Shown here piece by piece: positions 27,011 through 39,569 of a stretch of 64,000 bases of DNA. Location of the stretch: contig OZ024764.1 of the NCBI GenBank assembly GCA_964016885.1, positions 25,296,001 through 25,360,000 on the forward strand, written 5' to 3'. The notes below the pieces were generated by a model. The model saw only the letters and a program-made list of their open reading frames with translations, had not been told where the DNA came from and ran no database searches. The stretch comes from Eledone cirrhosa. Taxonomy: Eukaryota. The first letter of the stretch is position 1, and the number at the start of each line of letters is the position of its first letter. The position numbers were made by a program, and so were the translations under genes.

Positions 27011-27032
27011 ATATATATATTTCTTTATTTAT

Positions 27033-27782
27033 TTAGTTATGTAATAAATAACATAAGATAATTATTTCATTTACCAGTGGTTTCTTGAAGGCAGATGTTA
27101 TGTCTGTCTTCAGTCGTCAGAATGAAAAAATAACATGGTGTTTTTATTAAATATGGATTTAAAAACAAAATTTAGGAAATATGAAAGTGAGGCTGAAAAG
27201 AACCGGCAAAAAGGAATAAGGGAGAAAAATATAAAAATAAATATCCAGATCATAAACAAACACACACTCAACTACACGCTTATACGTAATAGTACGTAGA
27301 CGGATACTTTCTCACATAAGTGTAATTGTGTCTACATGGAAATACGAACAGGCACATAAATACATACACATACATATACACAGATATATGTGCACTCAAA
27401 TATGTACACACAAACACACATTTACACATTTAAAGGGGGTGTACACACACATATACATACATACATGTTTGTACTTCCATGTAGACACAATTACACTTAC
27501 GTGAGAAAGTATACGTCTACGCACTGTTACGTATAAGCGTGTAGTTGAGTGTGTGTATGTTTATGTTCTGGATATTTATTTATATATTTTTCCCCCTTAT
27601 TCCTTTTTGCCGGTTCTTTTCAACCTCACTTTCATATTTCCTAAATTTTGTTTTTAAATCCATATTTAATAAAAACACCATGTTATTTTTTCATTCTGAC
27701 GACTGAAGACAGACACAACATCTGCCTTCAAAAAACCGCTGGTAAATAAATAATTATCTTATGTTGTTTATTACATAACTAA
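27033..27782. repeat. Foldback element, about 320-bp inverted arms around a CA/TA-rich spacer, hammerhead motif in each arm
   Basis: 27033-~27350 is the reverse complement of ~27465-27782 with scattered mismatches. Confidence 0.95.
27065..27127 (-). ncRNA. Type I hammerhead ribozyme motif with intact core
   Basis: Minus strand TTTCATT CTGACGA c-TGAAGACAGA-cataaca-TCTGCCTTCA-a GAAAC cactg GTA AATGAAA: perfect 7-bp stem I, long stem II, short stem III, GUA site. Confidence 0.8.
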
Positions 27783-27843
27783 TAGGCTCTGTAGCCTTCA
27801 TAGAGCACTCTTTTTTCCTGTACCTTTCTGACGGAAATACTTC

Positions 27844-28385
<542 letters not shown>

Positions 28386-28444
28386 TATATGAATACATAT
28401 TTGTATAATGCTATGCTTGAAGCGAATTCCTATTTATATATATT

Positions 28445-30575
28445 ATTCTGTTATATATATTTCAAGGGTATCATCAGATAAAATACAAAGTTTGTTTTAT
28501 AAATATTGACATATCCAGGAAGAAGATCTTAACGGTTCAAGTTGTTCCTGGATAGTAAAAGGAAAAAGGGGAAAGAGAGGAAAAATCAAATATTTCAAAT
28601 TATTAAGATGAATATGCAAATGAGGTTGAGGTATAGGGCTGGAAAAAAAAACGTTATTTTTAGACGCTAGGTAGATTTAAATAATTATTAGGATATATAT
28701 ATATGTATGTGTCGAAAGAAGAAAGAGAAAGAAAGAACAGCTTGTATTTACGTGAATTTAAAAAGATTCAAATGTTAAGAATTAATAGTTTGTAGGAATG
28801 GTGGAATATGATTCCAGAATTAAAAATATATTTAGCTATATTATGAGTTATAATATTATATATATAATCAATTAGATTAAATGAAGAATTATGGTTGTAA
28901 GTACATTTTATCTTATTACATTGCAACAGGTTGTAAGTATATAAATATCTATATAGATTAATAAGTGTATAAATATAAGTATTATTGGTGATTTTATAGA
29001 TATAAACAACACGTATTAATTGTTTACATTTCTAATATGAGTTACGAAGGAAGTTGATTTTACATTTTACATAAATATTTAAGAAAAAGATGTAGTTCAA
29101 GTTGTAAGAGAAGAACAATTTGTAGATTCAAATATGTTCTGTCAAAATTCTAGTAATTTAAAAACAGAATTATTTTCTTCTTGCAGACATCGCCAAAATT
29201 CCACTTTCCAAAGTATTTTTAATCTGTGATACTCATTACACTTGACTACATCTTATACACCTTTAAAATGATCCTGTTATTTACTGAGTTTTTCTTTAAA
29301 AATGATTTTCCTTCTTAAATTTAGTATTTTTACCATTTGATATTCTTTTCCTAATGATATTCTTCTTAATCTATGTTTTAGATGTAGAATGTTACTTTTT
29401 AATTGATATTCTCAAAGATATCCTCTTTGCGATAGTTCTTCTAACTCTCGACTTATCTAATAATACATTTTTCCTCTCTTTAATCTTCAAACTTTTCACA
29501 CATCTTTCGACGTAGATAATATGTAATTGAAAATTCTCATCCTTGAGAAACATATAATGTAAAATACCTTATAATCTCACACAAAATAATATATAATTAT
29601 CTCTACATACTTTCTAAGTAAATCATTCATCAAATTTAATGGTTAGCAAATAATATTGGAGGTATCTTTTCCTTTACAATTGAGCAAACATAGACATAAT
29701 AACTTGTATGATAAATTATATAATTTCGCTAAATTAACAATGTTCTGAAAACATTTTCAATGTTGGAACAAAATATTTGAATCTACAAATTGTTCTTCTC
29801 TTACAACTTGAACTACATCTTTTTCTTAAATATTTATGTAAAATGTAAAATCAACTTCCTTCGTAACTCATATTAGAAATGTAAACAATTAATACGTGTT
29901 GTTTATATCTATAAAATCACCAATAATACTTATATTTATACACTTATTAATCTATATAGATATTTATATACTTACAACCTCTTGTAATGTAATAAGATAA
30001 AATGTACTTACAACCATAATTCTTCATTTAATCTAATTGATTATATATATAATATTATAACTCATAAGGGCAAGGGATTGGCAGTATCGGTAGAGGGTCG
30101 GATGCCATGCTTTGCAGCAAAGAGTTACTTCCCATTACGGACGGAGTTCAAATCCCGCCGAGGTTAACTTTGCCTTTCATCCTTACGGGGTCAATAAAAT
30201 AAAGTACCAGTAATACACTGGGTTATTTGCTGGCCTTGTGCCAAAAAGTAGAAACAATTATAACTCATAATATAGCTAAATGATTTTTTTAATTCTGGAA
30301 TCATATTCCACCATTCCTACAAACTGGTAATTCTTTTTAAATTCACGTAAATACAAGCGTTTTTTTTTTTTCAGCCCTATACCTCAACCTCATTTGCATA
30401 TTCATCTTAATTTGAAATATTTGACTTTTCTTCTCTTTCCCTTCTTTCCTTTTACTATCCAGGAACAACTTGAACCCCGTTAAGATCTCCTTCCTGGATA
30501 TGTCAATATTTATAAAACAAACTTTGTATTTTTACCAAAGTTTTGGTACCCTTGAAATATATATAATAGAATAAA
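28445..30575. repeat. Large foldback: arms ~28445-29135 and ~29773-30575, ~640-bp spacer, SINE in the right arm, degenerate hammerhead at the outer ends
   Basis: Reverse-complement match; the inner ~205 bp look identical by eye, the outer parts have indels. Confidence 0.92.
30068..30256 (+). mobile_element. tRNA-like SINE (family 2) with 14-bp TSD ATTATAACTCATAA
   Basis: TSD at 30054-30067 and 30257-30270; B box GAGTTCAAATCC; core GCCTTTCATCCTTACGGGGTC; empty site in the opposite arm near 28841-28854. Confidence 0.92.
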
Positions 30576-30707
30576 TATGGTTTTATAAATATAGTTTCCA
30601 TTATTTAATATCATTGATATTATACTCCAGAAAAACTGTCGAGTGCTTCGAATCAGTTATAAACATATATATTTGTTGAATTACCAACAAATTAAATATC
30701 CCTTTTG

Positions 30708-30766
<59 letters not shown>

Positions 30767-30850
30767 AAAGTTATATTTAAATTGTTGTGTTACAACTAGT
30801 AAATATTTATAACTGATATAAAAGCACTCGACAAATATTTGGAGTATATT

Positions 30851-31206
30851 TACAATATTAAATAAATGGAAACTATATCTATAAAACCATATTTATTTCA
30901 TTATATATATTTCAGGGATAACATATTAACAATATGCTATGCCTTCCTCAGACAAAATACAATATAAACAGTTTTATAGATAAATAGATTCGACATACCG
31001 TAACAACATCTACTTGCATTTGAGAAGGGTTTTTCAAATGCAAGTAGATGTTGTTACGGTATGTCGAATCTATTTATCTATAAAACTGTTTATATTGTAT
31101 TTTGTCTGAGGAAGGCATAGCATATTGTTAATATGTTATCCCTGAAATATATATAATGAAATAAATATGGTTTTATAGATATAGTTTCCATTTATTTAAT
31201 ATTGTA
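30851..31206. repeat. Apparently perfect palindrome: 173-bp arms, 10-nt loop
   Basis: 30851-31023 is the reverse complement of 31034-31206; loop GAAGGGTTTT. Confidence 0.97.
31098..31163 (+). ncRNA. Minimal type I hammerhead ribozyme motif (mirror copy on minus at 30894-30959)
   Basis: TATTTTGT CTGAGGA AGGcATAGCATATT-gtt-AATATGTTATcCCT GAAA TATATA TA ATGAAATA: 8-bp stem I with 2 GU, 13-bp stem II, palindromic stem III, AUA site. Confidence 0.75.
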
Positions 31207-31227
31207 TATATATATATATATATAGTG

Positions 31228-34200
31228 TAAAAGAGAAAACACAGGTAAGCATTAAGAGAAGGATTTTATCCAGGTATTTACGACCGTTTCATTGGTAAGT
31301 GCAACCTTATATTGCTATACTGCAAATAGCAGCCACTCAATGATAATTGTTGTTCACTTCCAAATTTTCAAAATAGTGAGTAAGTTACTCTTGAAGTAGT
31401 TCTTAATATATAGAGAAAAATATTTTTTGGGAATTGTATTTACTAGTATAGAGAGAGAGGAAGAGGAATTAGAAAGTGAGGGGACAAACGGAATAGTATA
31501 GAGAGAGAGGGAGGAAGGGGGAGAAGAGTTAGGAAGTAGGGTGACAAGCTGAGATGGAGGGAAGGGTAGAGGTGGAAGGATTCTTTGACTAGTTTTGATA
31601 TGTAGACTTCATGTCGGTGATTGTAGTGTGTTAGAGAATTGGATTGATCATAGTGGGAGGGATGGAGAGAGAGGGGGGGAGATAAGGAGTTAAGTGTATG
31701 TATATATAAAAAATAAAGATAAAAATAATAATGGTAAAAATAAATAATAAAAATAAAAATAAAGAGGGGGGGGGATAAAGAAGAAAAGAAAAGATAGCCA
31801 AAAAGGGGAGGTAAGAAAGGAAGTAAATGAAAAGAAATAGAAGAGGAATGAAAGAGAAGGGAGGGATATAGGTTTTGGTTTTTGTGGGTAATTAAAGGGT
31901 TTAGATACAATATAAAGTCTAAGTATATCCAGTTTGTCAGGTGGTAGTAAGAGGTTAAGGGTTCGATTTGCACTTGTAGTGCGAAAACTTCTCTTTGAGT
32001 CTATGGTTACAATAAATTGATCTCTCGATTTTATTGTTGAGTAACTTATTCTTCGAACTTAAGATGTGGAACAGCTCAAGGTCGCATAATCGACAGCTTC
32101 TCGTACCACTCCGCATGGGGGCGCGTTCGATAATTTTTTCCACATCAGGGTGTATTGATGGTTACTTTCCCTCAGTTGCCAGGTCTTGTTTGCAAGGGTA
32201 GTTACATAACGTTGCTGGGGATGTTTCATTGCGTAACGGTGTGTATACTAACGGGCTTTAAATGTATTCCCAGTCGCTCCGATGTAATACCATTTCTGGT
32301 TGTCTGATTACACTGTGCATTGGTAAACCAGGTTAGACTGCATACATTCATTATGTAATGGACAGGTTTCAGGTAGGTGGCAGTTACAGTTCTTGTTGCG
32401 GGCAACTTTGGCATTATTGGTGGGCTGCGATGCCTGTACAGGTGTGTTACGTTTTGTTTGCCTATTAGTAGGTGGTTGTGTATTCGATATTCTGTTGTGT
32501 TCAATGGTGATTGTATTGTTATTGTTATAAATTTGTGTTCCGGTGATGTTAAGTATCTTTTTAGCGTTAAGCATCTGAATGTGTGCATCCATATTTGGTG
32601 CCGTGGAGTAAGATAGTCTAATAGATTTAGTGTTAAGGATTTTGCTGTATCTATGTGAATCTGGAAAGTGCTTATTTATTATTCTAAAGAAGGTAGAGGG
32701 TACGTTAGTACTAATAGAGGTGTTAAATATAGGGTTATACCAAATGTATTTTCTACTGCGTGACTTGTTTGATTTCGATGTTGTATTTCTATTTACCGTA
32801 TAATTTGTAGTTCTATGCGTAAATGCGTGTGTGCGTGTGTTTCTGGAGTTTGTGTTATGCGTGTTCGTGTGCGCTTTGCGGAGGCTTTCATCTATATATT
32901 CTACTCTATCTAAGTGGCCTGCCTTGTCTAGTGCGGTATTGTAGTATTCTGCATGTTCCTCGAATATTTGTCGGTTAGACGAGAGGCGGGAGATCCTAAG
33001 GGATATGCTGCGTGGAATGGATTTAATTATGGATAGTGGGTGGTTTGAGTTACAGTTGATGTATGCTAGGTTTTCATTAATCTTGTGAAACGGTCTTATA
33101 AGTCCCGTATTTAGGTTAAGCGTCGCGTCTAGAAAGTTAACTGTTTTAGTGCTATACTCATATGTTATGCTAAGGCCTAGTTTCCCAAGAGTCTTTCTAA
33201 TATTCTTACGGAGTCTTTTTATGCTCTGGTTATTTAGGTTCTTAATTAGGAGAAGGGCATCGTCTCTGTAGATTCCACTGTGAAGGTCGCTAAACTCACT
33301 CTGTAAACTATGGGCTATATAAATACCTACTAAATCTGTGACTTGAGCCGAGTCGTTAGCCCCCACCGTGATGTCAAAGTTATTTAATCTATCCTTACGT
33401 TCCCAATAGGCATTTTCAAATTTAATTATTGTTTTTCTAGCAGCTAATATAATTTTTATCTCGTCGTCTGTCAGGTCAGAATTGGTTTTGGCGAATGCTA
33501 AGGCTTTATCCAAGGTATTGGTGATATAGAGGAGTAATGGTCGTTAATGTCAAATTGTATATACTTAGATACTTTTTTGTTAGCTATATTGTTAAACCAC
33601 TTAATTGTTTCGGTAGTGTTACCCCATAGTTTAATCACTAGTTTATTCTTCATCTGTTCTATCACTCTGTCTAATATATGTTTACTAATTTTCCCAATGT
33701 CCGATTTGGACGGATATATAAGTCTAATTGTGGGGTTATGATCAAAATTTTCCTTGTGGTCCTTGAGATTAAATGTGGGAGTACATGGCCTAAGTGGCTC
33801 CGTTCTGTCGTCTACTCCTAGGTGTTTGACTATATTGTGTGCCCCGTTGTTGATGTTTATCAGTGCCACCTCATTGGTTTTTTTGTATTTCCTATGTAAT
33901 TCCTTCCGTATGAAGCTATTGTATGTATTAATGTCCATCGTATACACATTTGTGGTTTTGTCCGCTTTGACAATAATTCCATTGGTAGTTCGCAGCTTTT
34001 TGAGGAATGTATTTAAGTCATTCTGGAGTTTATTATTCCTCCGCTTTTTGAATTTGATATTCATAATCATCTTCAGTAAGTCCTTCCTGTTCAAAGGCAT
34101 CCAGTTGGCGGTTGATAGGTGGGTTCTTACACCATTTGAAGCCGTATGTTTCCTTGTTGTATTCCACGGTGCGACCATTACGTCCTTTGTCGAAATGGAA

Positions 34201-34773
34201 AGTTTTCCATCTAACTCGGCGTATAAAGTCGTTTGTTCGCTGTATCATCCCGAGGGTATAATCCTTTCTCAAAGGTATAAGAATGTTCTTTAGGGACATA
34301 CCTATGTAATGCCTTTCCATAGTAGTACCGTATGTTTAGGTGGTTGCTCGACTTATAAGGAGCCTGTAGTTAGGGAAGTAGAACATTGCTTATTGTAATC
34401 CAGTTCGTGGTTAAGAAAGCCAGTTTCATGGACGGTTTCAACGTACGGTTAGGGGTAACTCCACAAGTTTGTAAGAATTCCGTTCAATCTTGGAGTATAA
34501 AGTATAAAGGAGAAAACACAGGTAAGCATTAAGAGAAGGATTTTATCCAGGTATTTACGACCGTTTCATTGGTAAGTGCAACCTTATATTGTTATGCTGC
34601 AAATAGCAGTCACTCAATGATAATTGTTATCATTCTCTTTTATACTTTATACTCCAAGATTGAACGGAATTCTTACAAACTTGTGGAGTTACCCCTAACC
34701 GTACGTTGAAACCGTCCATAAAACTGGCTTTCTTAACCACGAACTGGATTACAATAAGCAATTTTCTGCTTCC

Positions 34774-34780
<7 letters not shown>
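31228..34780 (-). mobile_element. Penelope-like element (RT + GIY-YIG), near full length, disrupted ORF 31955-34320, with direct and inverted pLTR parts
   Basis: SLKNI..FIRRVRWK, KADKT, LKDHK, FDI, IYRDD, VNFLD, NHP, LVYQC..YYIG, CRLC..CNH; direct repeat ~31230-31350/~34507-34629; inverted repeat 34367-34515/34634-34780; (TA)n on both sides. Confidence 0.93.
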
Positions 34781-34837
<57 letters not shown>

Positions 34838-34841
<4 letters not shown>

Positions 34842-35211
34842 AGGGGTGGACGGAGGCTCCGTAAGCCATAGTGTAGGCAACTCGTCTAGGAGAGCTACCA
34901 CTCTGAATAAATTGGTGTGGGGTAGAGAAATCCCCTAAGTCCAGTAAGACAACTTCCCTAGTGCTGATGGCACGAATAAAAGCACCCAGTCCATGCTGTA
35001 AAATGGAGGGGTGGTTAGGGCCCCTGAGTCCAGTAAGAGGACCTCTCTAGTGCTGGTGGCACGAATAAATGCACCCAGTCCATGCTGTAAATTGGTGCTG
35101 GTGTTAGGAAGGGCACCCAACCAGTTTATATACTACTGCCCAACAGTATGAGCACAACAAGTCCCACTCTTGCAAGCAGGGAAAAGCGGACGTAAAATGA
35201 TGATGATGATA
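34838..35211 (+). mobile_element. Short non-autonomous RTE-related element
   Basis: 5' GGCAACTCGTCTAGGAGAG..ACTCTGAA motif resembling RTE 5' ends, internal ~90-bp duplication, RTE family A-type 3' end with (GAT)n tail. Confidence 0.6.
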
Positions 35212-35307
35212 TATCCAGGGAGTATAACACCGAGTTACTGTAGGTTTATCCAGGTGAGCACTCGATGTTTAAGTTCACTTCAGTAGCAAGGTGTAGAGCT
35301 AGACAGA

Positions 35308-35455
35308 GTGTAATATAATAATATAAGGATGACTGGTTACTCCTTTGTTACAATTATTGGTTGATGACGTGCGTTTCGCTGATCAGTAGCGAAACGTACG
35401 TCAACAACCAATAAACATAATTAAGGAGTAACCATTCGTCCTTGTATTATACACA
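35308..35455. repeat. Short imperfect palindrome containing hammerhead 3' halves (GAAAC GTAC GTC)
   Basis: TTATTGGTTGATGACGTGCGTTTCGCT pairs with AGCGAAACGTACGTCAACAACCAATAA; outer GGTTACTCCTT/AAGGAGTAACC. Confidence 0.75.
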
Positions 35456-35517
35456 CACATATATATAATCGAAGAAATTGATGAAAGAGAAGCAAGCAGT
35501 TAAAATATATTTATAAG

Positions 35518-35562
35518 AAGCTCTTACACATGTTACGCCCAAGTTGGGCTCCTCAGAGGCTT
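35518..35562 (-). ncRNA. Minimal hammerhead motif with one core mutation (GTAAC instead of GAAAC)
   Basis: Minus strand AAGCCT CTGAGGA GCCCA-act-TGGGC GTAAC ATGT GTA AGAGCTT. Confidence 0.6.
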
Positions 35563-35841
35563 ACAAGAAAATGAAGGATTTAATAAAGAACCCTGAATGA
35601 GTACTATAAATTTAAATTAGTTTATACCACTCTGAGGAAGATATTTTGTGTCTATATGAGTTGCTTGAAGTTTGTTCATTAACAAAAACAAGTTGATCAT
35701 TTGCAGTATTTTGGTGATTTCATTTCACAGTCTACCAGAAATAATTGTAAGTGATTAAAAAATAAAGGAAAACAAGGAAAGTTGTAAAACAGTGAGAAGT
35801 TTGTTCTTTGAGAATAATTCTGTTTTCTTCTCTATTTTCAG

Positions 35842-35897
35842 CTACATCCCAAATGAAATGATCATCAATGCATTTTATTCTCCAGATAATTCTATCT
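35842..35897 (+). CDS. M13 peptidase exon (YIPNEMIINAFYSPDNSI)
   Basis: ttttcag acceptor, gtaagt donor; NAFY substrate-binding motif. Confidence 0.92.
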
Positions 35898-35971
35898 GTA
35901 AGTATTTATCTATTTTTTGTTAACATTAAAGAAATTGAATTTGTTTGTCTATCTGTCTGTTTATTTATCTA

Positions 35972-38900
35972 TACCCAACACCGACATAAACATACCGCCA
36001 CAAACGACAACCACACCAACAACACAATCACCACCAACACAACTAGACACTTCACCAACAAAACAAACACCACCACAATCACAAACCCCAGCCACAAAAA
36101 TAAAACTACAAACAGAAACAACACACATAAAAAGCAAAACACATTTCACATATATAAGAACCACGAACAAAAAACTGGTGGAAACTGTCCGAAAGGACCC
36201 CACCATCCAAACAGGAGGGAAAACTTTCCCAAACAATGACCCACCCACAAACCTGAAACTAATCAGAGTCACAACCCTACAATACGAAACCATGAGACAG
36301 CACTTCCCACATGATGTGGCCCCCTCCCCCTTGTCAAAAACCCTTAACTGTGTCCTGCTAAAAGGATTCCCTCCTTCCCCAAAGACCCCCAATCTGGACA
36401 TGGAGATCGAACAACCTGACCTCCAGGAAACTAAAAGGTAAGTTTTCCTGCCTGTTTCTCTCCCTAACTCTTCTTCGCCAACATGGCGACTGTACGAGTT
36501 GGATGTTTGAATGTACGTGGCCTAGGCATGCCCTGGAAACAGGGCCAGATTCTAAATGATTTCAAGTCACACTGTATAGATGTGATAGCCATCACCGAGT
36601 CCAGGATTCATGACAAGCAGCAGTTAACCCCCCCATGTTCAATGACTTTGAGATCTACGCATCTCTCTGTCCGCCAGAAGGTGGAGAGGGTGTTGCTGTT
36701 TTGTTTCGGAAAAAACTTGGATCTCAAAGTACAGATAATTTACTTTGACCTGGAGGGTAATTTGGTGGTCCTAGATGTGAATGATGGTGAAGGTGGAGCT
36801 TTCAAACCGGTAGCCATATATGCCCCGACTGGGACATCGTGACCAGAGTTCATTAAGCGTCTGGAGTCATTCCTGAGAACGTCTCTCACTTTACTGTTAG
36901 CGAGGGACTGGAATGACATCTTAGACGCACCTTGGGACTATGTAGGGGCATGTGATAATAGAGGGGGGTGTAATAGCCTAAAAAATCTCATCAGCCAATT
37001 CCAACTGGCTGATAAATACCAACTAGACTTCCAAAGTGCACCACTGTGGACGTGGAGCGACCGCACTGGGTCTTCTAGATCGTATTTAGATAGATTTCTA
37101 ATTAGAAAAAATGAGAGGGAAACATTAAGCTGTCCCCAAATGCACATGGTTGCCTATTCAGACCACAAATTAGTCACCTGCGTAGTCAACCTTGATAGAA
37201 CACATAGACAAGGACCCGGATACTGGAAGCTAAACATATCACTCCCAACGTGTAAAGCTTACAGTAACTGGATTAGCACTTTAGATAACTGCCAGGTGAC
37301 GGGGGCCATCATCAACAACATATGGTGGAGCTCTCTCAAGAGAGCAATTAGTGTAGTATCAATAGCATTTAGCAAGGAATTAGCTTTAGAGAAGAACAAA
37401 ACTGAAAAAGACCTGGTAGCCAAAGTAGAAGAAACACTTAGGAATGGCAGTACAGCTGATGTGCTAGCAGCGAGAACAGCACTAGACCAGTTCTTCAACA
37501 TGAAACACGAAGGTTGTATTCCCAGTTCTGTAAGCAGAGGCATAGAAACGCTGATCAGGAAAGATGAGAACAAAGGGGATAACATAAGTAACTTCAGGCT
37601 CGTAACTCTGCTCACACAGAGTTGAAGATTTTGGCCAAGATGTTAGCAATGAGGCTGGCACTCGTCATCGAGAACCTGGTGGAAGAAGCGCAAACGTGTG
37701 CAATCCCAACCAGGTCCATACACGACAACCTCCACCTCATGCGATACATCACAGAGAGTATGGGGTGTAAACCTGGCGTCGGTGGGGCTCTGATCAATTT
37801 AGATCAGTCTAAGGCATTTGATAGGGTTGACCATCAATACTTGGAAGTGGTTCTCAAGGCGGCCACTTTTGGTCCAGTCTTCAGAGGCTGGATTGCTGCC
37901 ACGCACACCAGCATCTGCTCGGCAGTCAAGGTGAATGGCTACCTAGCGGAGCCATTCCAAATCATGCGTTCCCTCCGTCATGGATGCCCTCTCTCTTCCA
38001 TTCTGTATGTGCTGACTCTCGAGCCACTACTACGGAAGTTGGAGCTGTTGCAGAGCATCCCGATTAAACCAGGACTGCGGAAAGCAGCATCGGCCTATGC
38101 GGACGATGTGACCATAATGGTGTCGAAAACCTCGGAAATTGGGGTAAACGGCAACTTATTACAGGAATTCAAAATATTGACAGGAGTAAGACTAAACCTG
38201 AACAAGTCTGTTGGTTTACAATTCGGTACATGGAGAGGCAAACCCATGCTGTCCGACAGTGTCACTGGATGCTGAACAGAAGGACCGGTGAAATTGCTCG
38301 GGGTCTGGTTTGGATCAGACCTCCAGGTGGACAAAAACTGGAACAATGCCACGGCGAAGCTGTTTGTACTCACCCAGAAGTGGGCTGAGTGCAAACTCTC
38401 CAGGTATTCCTGACCAGTGAACCAGTATGGTTGTCGTTTGTGAGACGAGCCTTTCCACAACTCATCTCGCTAACAGAGCTGAAGTCCTGGGTCAAGCGAA
38501 AACCAAAAATGGACACCTGGCACCTTGAGTGCCTTCGGGTGCTCACAGCCTTCTACCAAGCAGAAATGACAATCAGCGGAGACTCCACTTAAACATTCTA
38601 TAGGGGATTAGTGGAGGATAAGTTCGACGATATTTTGGGAGAAAGTCTGTTTGGGAGGACCTCCTGTCCAGGGCCTATGGATAACTTCCAGAGGTCTCTG
38701 GCCTGGCAGAGCTACCGAGGAGTTCCACTAGTTCGAGACAAAATCTACAGGCACAGACGCCCTGGCAGAGATCCTGCCCAAAGGATCTGTCCAAGATACG
38801 AGCAGGACATTGAAACCGTTCTGCACGCAATTGTTCAGTGCCCAGGGTTGACCGACCTGTGGAATTATGTCGAACAGCTACTGTCACCATGTGGGAGGCA

Positions 38901-39396
38901 TCCAGTTGTCAGCTGAGTCCATCGTGAGGATCACCCCGCCGCCTGTCTGGTGGCTAGGGCGAAAGAAGTAATGAGGTGGACGAGGTTAAAAGGACTCAGG
39001 GCAAACACCTTTCTCTCCGGACAACAACTCATCCCCTTCTTTAAATATCACTTCAGAAGGAATGTGAGAGTGGAGAAAGAGGTGCTACACCCCAGTAAAT
39101 TCGCTGAAATGTGGATGAATGTGGCGAAAATAACCCGAGTGAATGGGCCTTCTCTGTATATAAACCTGTAGGTTGAGGAAGATAAACAGAGGGAAGACAG
39201 GAACACCTACAAAACGTGTTCCTGGTGTTGAGGGTTGTTCTATCCACGGGGTGTAAAACAACCCTGCAGTAACGTCCCCCCTAATGTGTATTTCAATTGT
39301 TATTTTATTATATATATTTTATTGTTATTTATTAATGTTAAAGTTATATGATTGTAATGTCCCATTTTTATACGCCCCTGTGGCAAATAAAGAAAG
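35972..39396 (+). mobile_element. Degenerate 5'-truncated Tx1-clade element related to 20010-25845
   Basis: ORF1 tail, MATVRVGCLNVRGLG, SDHK, LDQSKAFDRV, YADD, GPSLYINL end; stops and internal deletions; ends AATAAAGAAA then TCTA repeats. Confidence 0.92.
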
Positions 39397-39569
39397 ATAT
39401 CTATCTATTTGTCTGTCTATTCATCTGTCAGTCTGTCTATCTGTCTATCTGTGTCTGTCTATCCATCTATCTGTCTCTCTACTTATATATATATATATAT
39501 ATATGCAACACATTCCTCGAATGACCGGGACTACAAATGTCGAGACTGCGAATGCTGGGGGTACACTGT

